Positions 56,455-64,000 of a stretch of 64,000 nt of DNA are shown one piece after another. Location of the stretch: NCBI RefSeq assembly GCF_006345805.1, contig NC_043008.1:76632001-76696000 (forward strand). Reading direction: 5' to 3'. Under the pieces are notes generated by a model. That model made no database searches, was not told the origin of the DNA, and saw only the letters and a program-made list of their open reading frames with translations. The translations under genes were made by a program, and so were the position numbers. The DNA comes from Octopus sinensis (taxonomy: Eukaryota). Numbering within the stretch: the first letter of the stretch is position 1; each line of letters opens with the position of its first letter.

Positions 56455-57105
56455 ATGATGGAGGAAGAACTCTCTACCGCTTACACTGAGGCCAGAGAGG
56501 CGGAGAGAGCGGTTGACGAGTTTAGGTGTAAAGAGAACTGGACGATTATCAATGACATCACAGGGAGGAAGAGAGGGAGTTTGAGTCAGATCCAGGGAAC
56601 AGGGCCCGAGGATAGGAAGAGTAAATGGCTTGGCCATTTTAAGATCCTACTAGGTGAGCCGCCTTCCACAACCCAGAACCCTGAGGAGATCAGGCAGCTG
56701 TTTGAGGAACTGGATGTTGAGACAGTACCCTTCGCCACAGAAGAGCTTCAGAGAACCAAGAAGATCAAGGAATGCAAGACCTATGGAAAAGAGGGAGTAG
56801 CACCAGAGATAGTGAAGAGGTATGATTTTGATAATATCGTCCTGGAGTTCTGTAATCAGTTGTACGAGGGCCTCTCAAAAGTTAGCTCGAAAATAACACA
56901 GAGGAGACTGAGGTTAGCTGTACATGCTCACCATCATTCAGAGTTGATACGGCACTCAGTACTCCAGTGGGAGCCCCTACATGGATACACTAGAAGAAGG
57001 AGACGAAGGATGACATATGTTGATGCTTTAAGGACAGACACTGGTCTCTGGGAGACGCAGGACATAGTAGCGATGATGAGGGACAAGGACCGTTGGAGAG
57101 AATAC
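56455..57105 (+). mobile_element. RTE-clade LINE fragment lacking the RT core
   Basis: The pre-RT segment (WTIINDITGRK..WLGHFK.LLG..PF.TEEL..GKEGVAPE) is fused at about 56860 to the post-RT segment (LY.GL.KVSSKI.QRRLRLA.H..VLQWEP.HG..TYVD.L..DTG..MRDKDRWR). Confidence 0.8.
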
Positions 57106-57144
57106 TGTCCATGGATCTCGGAAAGTTTACCTGCCCTAAATAGA

Positions 57145-57536
57145 TATTCTTTTATTGTTTTACATGTTTCAATCATTAGACTGCAGCCAAGTTTACTATA
57201 TACGTAACTACGGGAGGATAATGGCATATGAGAAGAGCTGAATTATAGTAAACATGTCTTCATTATATGCAAGTCAAGCGGTGAACGCTAAAATGAATAT
57301 GAAACAATACAGGAAGACTGACATCTTAGTGAGACAGACTTGAAAACTTTACATAATTTGTATATCTGAAGAAGTCGACCACAGGACTAATTCTTTGTAA
57401 GCTTTGTATTTAGTATATCGGGCTCTTTTGCCGACCAGCTAAGTTACAGGGACGTAAACATACCAACATCGGTTGTCAAGTGATGGCCGGGACAAACTCA
57501 GACACAAAAACACACACATAAATATATATGTACGTG

Positions 57537-57570
<34 letters not shown>

Positions 57571-57742
57571 ATACATACATAAAAGGATTCTTTCAGTTTC
57601 CGCCTACCAAATCCACTCACGAAGCTTTGGTCAGCCCTAGACTATAGTAGAAGACACTTGCCCAAGGTGCCACACAGTAGAACTGAACGCGGAATCATGT
57701 ACTTGAGAAACAATCTTCTTACCACACAGCCATTCCTGCGCC
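57145..57742 (-). mobile_element. CORE-type SINE interrupted near its 3' end by a 179-bp insertion
   Basis: Reverse complement of the 34060 family. SINE sequence resumes on both sides of 57190-57368. Confidence 0.75.
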
Positions 57743-57750
57743 TTTATATA

Positions 57751-57807
<57 letters not shown>

Positions 57808-57832
57808 CAAAGCAATTAAGTCTTATTGAAAT

Positions 57833-58040
57833 TCCTCCTCTTACCACTGGAAATGTAAATCTTCACTATGGATTAATTCACCTTTTCTGTGAAGCTAATA
57901 AGTCTTTAAAAACCTGTGATAAGTCTGTGCATCATCCTCCTCATATCTCTGGAAATTTAAATCTACACTATGGATTGATTCATCTTCTCTTCGAAACTAA
58001 TAAGTTTTTTAAAAATCTGTGATAAGACTGTGCATCATCA
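57833..58040. repeat. Tandem duplication of about 100 bp
   Basis: TCCTCCTC..CTGGAAAT.TAAATCT.CACTATGG..CTGTGATAAG.CTGTGCATCA occurs twice. Confidence 0.85.
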
Positions 58041-58386
58041 TTAAGGAACTTTGGAAAACAGTTTACAACCTATATCAGCCTCTAATGGAATTATCTCCAA
58101 TATTTCATGAGTATAGCCTCACCCACTAAGATGTCTAGAGAACTCAAATGTATTTTAGCTGATGAGTACGGGACACTTTTATCTGCTGCAATTTTTGCAA
58201 CTTGTAATAAAGCCTGTCTTTGTATGAAACAATTGTACTAAAAACTAATCCATTCTTGTTGCTTCTTTCTCGTATATATATATATATATATATATATAAA
58301 GCTTGTGTGTGTGCGCGCGTCTGTATGCGTGTGTGTATGTGTATGTGTGTGGGGGGTGTGGGGGTGAGAAAGAAAGCGAGAGAGAG

Positions 58387-58555
58387 AAGACGCATGGCCT
58401 AGTGTTTAGGCGTGTTGCACACATGATCGTGAGACCGTGGTTTCAATTCCCAGACCGGCTACGTGTTATGATTTTGAGCAAAACAATACAAAGCGCGTAG
58501 TGACGGAAGATGTATAACATCCGATTGTCTGGTCGACCACGTTATCGTGTAACAT
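58387..58555 (+). mobile_element. tRNA-head SINE remnant
   Basis: GCATGGCCTAGTGTTTAGG..GGTTTCAATTCCCAGACCGG..TTGAGCAAAACA. Confidence 0.6.
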
Positions 58556-59254
58556 ATGTATGAATGAGTGAATGGGTGAATGAATGACTGAATGAATGAA
58601 TGAATGAATGAATGCATTCTTAGAAATCCAGATATACAAATTATGTAAAGTTTTCAAGTCAGTCTTACTAAGATGTCAGTCTTCCTGTATTCTTTCATAT
58701 TCATTTTAGTGTTCACCGCTTGACTTGCATATAATGAAGACATGTTTACTATAATTCAGCTCTTCTCATATGCCATTATCCTCCCGTAGTCGCGTATATA
58801 TTAAACTATAAATGGAAATATATGTAAATTTATATGTTCTTTCCTATATTTTATGTCAGTAATTTTATAAATGTCTGTCATCATCTGCATCAAAAAGAAA
58901 GGAAATCTTGGCAACTTTCCTTTTCACCTCTAAACCTTTAAAAAGCCGAGATTATTTTAGTTTTACTTCCAAAAGTATAAAATATAATCAAAATGTTTAT
59001 TGCTCTTTCGTTTTGTAGAACTTCTGGCTTGTTGAGCTAAATAACAATTCTCACCCACAAATGTCTTTTTTGTATATATTTTATAATAAAAATTATTAGT
59101 TTAACCCTAAATACAGCCAAAGGAGAATTAACAGTTGTGAATGTCAGAAATTGAGCACAAACGATTTCTTTCACAATGTAACATTGTTTATAATGATGAT
59201 TTATAAAATTGGCACAATTTCACTGTTTGGGAAGAGGATATACTGGACTACTGA

Positions 59255-59520
59255 AGAGAGAAGACCACAAGTTTGAGCAAAAGACACAATACAGAATATC
59301 TGAGAACAAAGTACATTGTCACATATCTGAACACATGTCACAATATCATAAATTTGAGAGCACGTCACAATGTCACATATCTGAGAACACAATACAATGT
59401 CATATATCTGAGAATATGTCGCATTGTCTCATATTTGAGAACACATCATAGTTTATATCTGAGAATACACCTCAATGTCACACCCTTGAGAACAGTGCGC
59501 AGTGTTACATATTTGAGGAC
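59255..59520. repeat. Degenerate minisatellite with a unit of about 27 bp
   Basis: CAATGTCACATAT(C/T)TGAGAACAC recurs throughout. Confidence 0.85.
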
Positions 59521-59856
59521 AAAGGTGGGACGAATTGAAATGTTGCTGGGGTCAACTTTATATTTCATCCTTTAGGGTTGGAAAATAAGTACCAGTTGGG
59601 CAATGGGGCCGATGTAATTGACTTGCCCCTCCCCACTGAAATTGCTGGATTCGTGCCAAAATTTGAAGCTATTATTATAACTCAGGTAAAATGATTTCCC
59701 ACTGTTTAGTTATTATACATACATATATATATATATATATGCATGTATGTATATGTATTATACATACATACATGCATACATACATACATATATATATATA
59801 CATATATATATGTGTATATATATATAGGTATATATATATGCATATATATATATATG

Positions 59857-59908
<52 letters not shown>

Positions 59909-60206
59909 TATATATATGTGTATGCATATATATATATATAATATATATATATATATATTATATATGTATATATATGTATGTATGTATATATACATATATA
60001 TATATATGTATGTATATGTATATATATATATATATGTATGTATGTATATATAATATTTTATAATTATATACATAATTATAACAAGGAATCGGCTTTGCGC
60101 CTCACTACACACTGCAAGAAATATACGCTAAAGACCCTATTGCCACCTAAAAATCTCAGAGAATAACACACTATATTGTAGGCAAGCAAAAGAAAGGTTG
60201 GTTAAC

Positions 60207-60275
60207 TCAATACACGATCGAGTTTCAAGCTTAAAGTAAAATTTTAATATTTCACTTACTGCTCTCATCAGCGGA
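60207..60275 (-). ncRNA. Type I hammerhead ribozyme (core intact, stem I decayed)
   Basis: tccg-CTGATGA-gagc..gctt-GAAA-ctcgatcgtg-TA-ttga. Confidence 0.7.
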
Positions 60276-60559
60276 CGCATTCCATAAGATAAATTTACAA
60301 GTATTTCAAAATATGCATGCGATCGGCGACATCGCTTGACCAATATCCATCCACACTCGTAAAAATATACCGCCAAGTATAATTCACATCCCTCTTTTGT
60401 ACCCACGTGTAGTGTGTTAAGATCTAGACCGCAGTAAAAGCCATTTTCATTCATAGAGTAAATTTATTCAAATATTAATTATAATAAACAGGTAAAATCA
60501 ATAGGTCGCCGATCGCATGCATTTTTTAAAACACTGGTAAATTTATCCTATGGAATACG

Positions 60560-60633
60560 TCCGTTGATGAGAGCAGTAAGGGAAATATTTAAATTAAATT
60601 TTACTTTAAGATTGAAACTCTATCGTGTACGGA
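60560..60633 (+). ncRNA. Type I hammerhead ribozyme (C3-to-U core mutation)
   Basis: tccg-TTGATGA-gagc..gatt-GAAA-ctctatcgtg-TA-cgga. Confidence 0.65.
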
Positions 60634-60862
60634 GTTAACCAGCCTTGTTGCCTACAATATAGTGTGTTGTTCTCGGAGATTTTCAGGTGGTAATATGGGC
60701 TTTAGCGTCTATTTCTTGCAGTGCGTGGTGAGACGTAAAGCCAATCCCTTGTAATTATGTATATAATTATAAAATATTTTGTAAAATTTACCTATGAGGC
60801 TTTTATTTCCGCACTGACTACCTGCTAAATTTATTACTGATTTTACCCTTTTATTTAAAATA

Positions 60863-60943
<81 letters not shown>

Positions 60944-62040
60944 TTGTGAGAAATACATCGTCTCTGCTCTACACTACAATATACCATATCTCTGTGACAT
61001 ATTTCTCAACTCTAAACTATGACCTATCATATTCGTGAATCAATGTTTCCCTGTCTTAAACATTAATCTATCTTGCTGCTATGCAGAACTTTTTTTTTAC
61101 CTTAAACTATGATTTATGTAGATATTTGTGCCTGCAATATGAGTGCGTAGATGTGTGACGACCTGAGGAGTAGCAACAGAATCGAAATTATTACCAAATC
61201 TTTACTTTTGAAGCTCTTTCATCAAACTTTCTTTGATCACTTAAACTCGGAAATAACCTAACCAAAATAACTATAGTTTACCCCAAGCCACATAGACCAT
61301 CAGATTAACTAATTAATAAAAACTAATTTATGTTATCGTGTTCCTCCGTGTAATTGTACAAGCTGTAGTTTCCTACATCGTAAATCTCTGTTTTAAAGGA
61401 TGCGGGAACTTAATGTTTTTATTTTTATTTTTTAGCTTCTAATCAGCATAAATTAGCTATAAAAACTTTACAGCTCTGGTTTGTATTTTATATTTATAGC
61501 ATTGTTCATCCGGCTTTAAATGCAAGCTGTCTTTTATTGAACACAATGACACGGTTATAAAATGTTAAATAAGACAAGTCATAAATATCGTGCGTATGTG
61601 TGCGTGCACGCGCATTAATGATCGCCATCAATATGTCGGAATTGTTATATTAAATAAGTTTTTAAAAATTTGATAAATTTCTCAGTTGATACAAAATCAA
61701 AGGACTTTCTCAGGTACACAATTCCTGGAGTGTCTTTTACAGTGGACCTAGGATTAAAAATCAACAACAATTTTCTAAAAAACTAAAACTTATTTTGTAA
61801 AGAAAACTTTGTTTTCTTCTTTTAATAGTGAAGATTTTTTGTAGAGAGAAGTTCTAGTTTTTTTATACTCTTCTGCACTGTCATTGTATCAAAAGAGTAA
61901 CATCTAATAGTGCCAACATTCTGGTTAGTACCAAACTTTGGTGTCAGGAAGATATCAACAAAGATTGTGACAGTCGTGTGGAAGCCCAAGATTTTTTTCT
62001 GAAAGGAGTTCCTGCTGTTTCATTATTTATCCAAATAAAC

Positions 62041-62142
62041 CCTTAACGTTACTCCGGTGGCTCCGATGGTTCCTGTAACGTGGCTCCGGTAGCTGTAGCA
62101 ACGTGGCCTCGGTGGCACAATGACGTGACTCAGGTGCCTTAA
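62041..62142. repeat. Short GC-rich minisatellite between CCTTAA direct repeats
   Basis: About four degenerate copies of ACGTGGCTCCGGT(G/A)GC. Confidence 0.6.
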
Positions 62143-63316
62143 GCCGAAGATGTAAAACATAATTTGGATAAGTTTGTCTTCCAGGTCAGTAATAGTAAGC
62201 AGAATCATAATCATTGTAAATCTTCCTTCAGCAATTCATTGATTCAACAATAGAGTTTAGAAAGTCAATTAACATGCTATTCCCCTTGAAAATGCTTTGT
62301 ACAATCTTTAAAAAATTCGAAGGACATATTGAACAGTGTAAATTCTTGTTCCAGTATTACAGAATGATCATGGCTGGATGACTGACTATTGCTGCCTCTG
62401 ACTTCTCTTTTCATCTCTCTGGTGTAGATAAAATAAACACCACCACACTGGAGTCCACTCAGTACACTGTAAATGAATTCCTATTATACACTAACTACCA
62501 GTAATGTAATGAGGTCTACTCATTACACTATAACAGCTCATCCCATTATAAATTCTAAATTAGTGACATATTGGAGTCCAAACACGTTAAAATACGTAAT
62601 GATATCCCAATGTTACGATGGAGTTCCAGATTTTAGTAGAAAAAATAAAAGAAAATGCCTATTAAAACGTACAAAAGCACTTGAAAATAAAAGAAATCTA
62701 TCCATTCGTCTAATTTAAGCGATCGATATGAATAAATATTTTTTTAGTTCGATAAAATGATGACAACATGAATTATATTTTTATCGAGCAACGTTGGTAG
62801 AGTTTGAACTCATATTAGCCAGATAACACGCTTAACTACATTATGGCTGCGTGGAATAAAATTAAGTGGAATAAAAACTAATCTAATCAATGTCAAAATA
62901 AAAGGAAATAACGATATTCATGATATATTGATATTTGTTTCACTGGCTGAATAGAAATATCTTCTTCAAAATACCATTATCATCATGTTCTCTATTCATG
63001 AACGTCAGGATTTTTACTACATTTTGTGTGGTAAATCGGGAATATTGCTTTATAAAGATTTTTTCACTAAGCGCCAATAGCATGATTATTTTAGACAAAG
63101 AAAATTGGATGTAGTAACTGCCATGCCTTTTCCACGGTATTTATATAAGTGAAGTGGAATAACTTTCAACAAAAACGAAAATTTAATAAAATGGAGTAGA
63201 ATTAAAGTAGAATTAAACACACATACACGCACACCCACATACACCCACTAGCACACGCACACATACGCACACATAGTGGATCATAGTACTGGGAGGGGGC
63301 AAGGTTTCGGAGAGAT

Positions 63317-63720
63317 CGCCAGGAAAATGTAATTTATAAATGTAGTGTTGAGACTCAAGGAGGCCAGAGAAAAATATATATTGGAAGCTCAGTAGACTTT
63401 AAGCAGAGGTATCAATCCCACCTGAGCACTTTCAACAATCCTAAATATAGGACATCTACAACATTAGCATTATATGTTAATGACCTTAAGGAAAGGAATG
63501 TTGAATTTAAATTATCGGGACTATCCTTGCACATGCCTCCTCCCCATATAGAATTGGGTCCACTAGATGCAGTTTGTGCATAAGGAAAGCATATATTATA
63601 TTGAAAAATTACAACAACGCAATGTTAAATAAATTCACTGATTCAATACCAGCGTGTACGCATAAGATCCACTCGACGTTCCATAAGAAATTTAGAAATA
63701 AAAATAGCAATAAAAGTTAG
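63317..63720 (+). mobile_element. Penelope-like element, GIY-YIG endonuclease remnant
   Basis: RQENVIYKCSVETQGGQRKIYIGSSVDFKQRYQSHLSTFNNPKYRTSTTLALYVNDLK / ..PYRIGSTRCSLCIRK..MLNKFTDSIPACTHK. Confidence 0.85.
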
Positions 63721-64000
63721 AGGTAACAATAACAATTGAATTAAATATAGTAAATATAGTAAGTAGTAATTAAAATATAACTAAAGTATAATAATTGAAT
63801 CGTAATATAATAATTAAAAGAAAAAATAGCAAGTAGTATAAAATGTGTCAAGGACTTTGAACTCGAATATGTGGCTTTGCATGCATGGGAGAAGTTAAAA
63901 GATTAAATTAAATTAAGTGCAGAAGTGAAATAGTCCAGATGGAGCTGTGCGCATACCATTTACTATGGCTGCTGGATTGAATTATATACTTATAAAGTAG

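Larger units (their letters stand above)
57190..58807. repeat. About 179-bp inverted duplication (57190-57368 and 58629-58807)
   Basis: The arms align without gaps, with about 7 mismatches by eye. Confidence 0.92.
60051..60866. mobile_element. Second non-coding hammerhead-containing foldback element in (TA)n
   Basis: Inverted arms at 60051-60330 and 60505-60780. The element's 3' terminus (TGATTTTACC..TTTATT) also occurs inverted at about 60480-60502. Confidence 0.8.

Noticed and set aside
59255-59520. Regularly spaced repeats of about 27 bp resembling a CRISPR array
   Set aside because: There are no unique spacers of repeat length and no cas genes, and the context is eukaryotic. It is a minisatellite.

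Overview
This is eukaryotic, AT-rich, very microsatellite-rich genomic DNA. The SINE, LINE and microsatellite mix most resembles an octopus or other coleoid cephalopod genome (inference). I found no confident host protein-coding exon, so the window is intergenic or intronic. Most ORFs in the track are microsatellite artefacts or decayed transposons. The transposons are Dong/R4 LINEs stacked in (TAA)n, Tx1/L1-like LINEs, RTE LINEs, Penelope-like elements (RT thumb and GIY-YIG fragments), Helitrons plus a Helentron-type element, Tc1/mariner remnants, a hAT-like remnant and several tRNA-head SINE families. The most notable signal is two non-coding elements of different sequence (12.1-13.2 kb and 60.05-60.87 kb) with the same architecture. 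Each has an approximately 0.5 kb circularly permuted monomer carrying a type I hammerhead ribozyme, arranged as a partial tandem plus an inverted arm and inserted in (TA)n. Further degenerate hammerheads and Penelope coding fragments occur in the same window, which suggests a retrozyme-like or Penelope-dependent self-cleaving RNA system. Boundaries of decayed elements were read by eye and are approximate.
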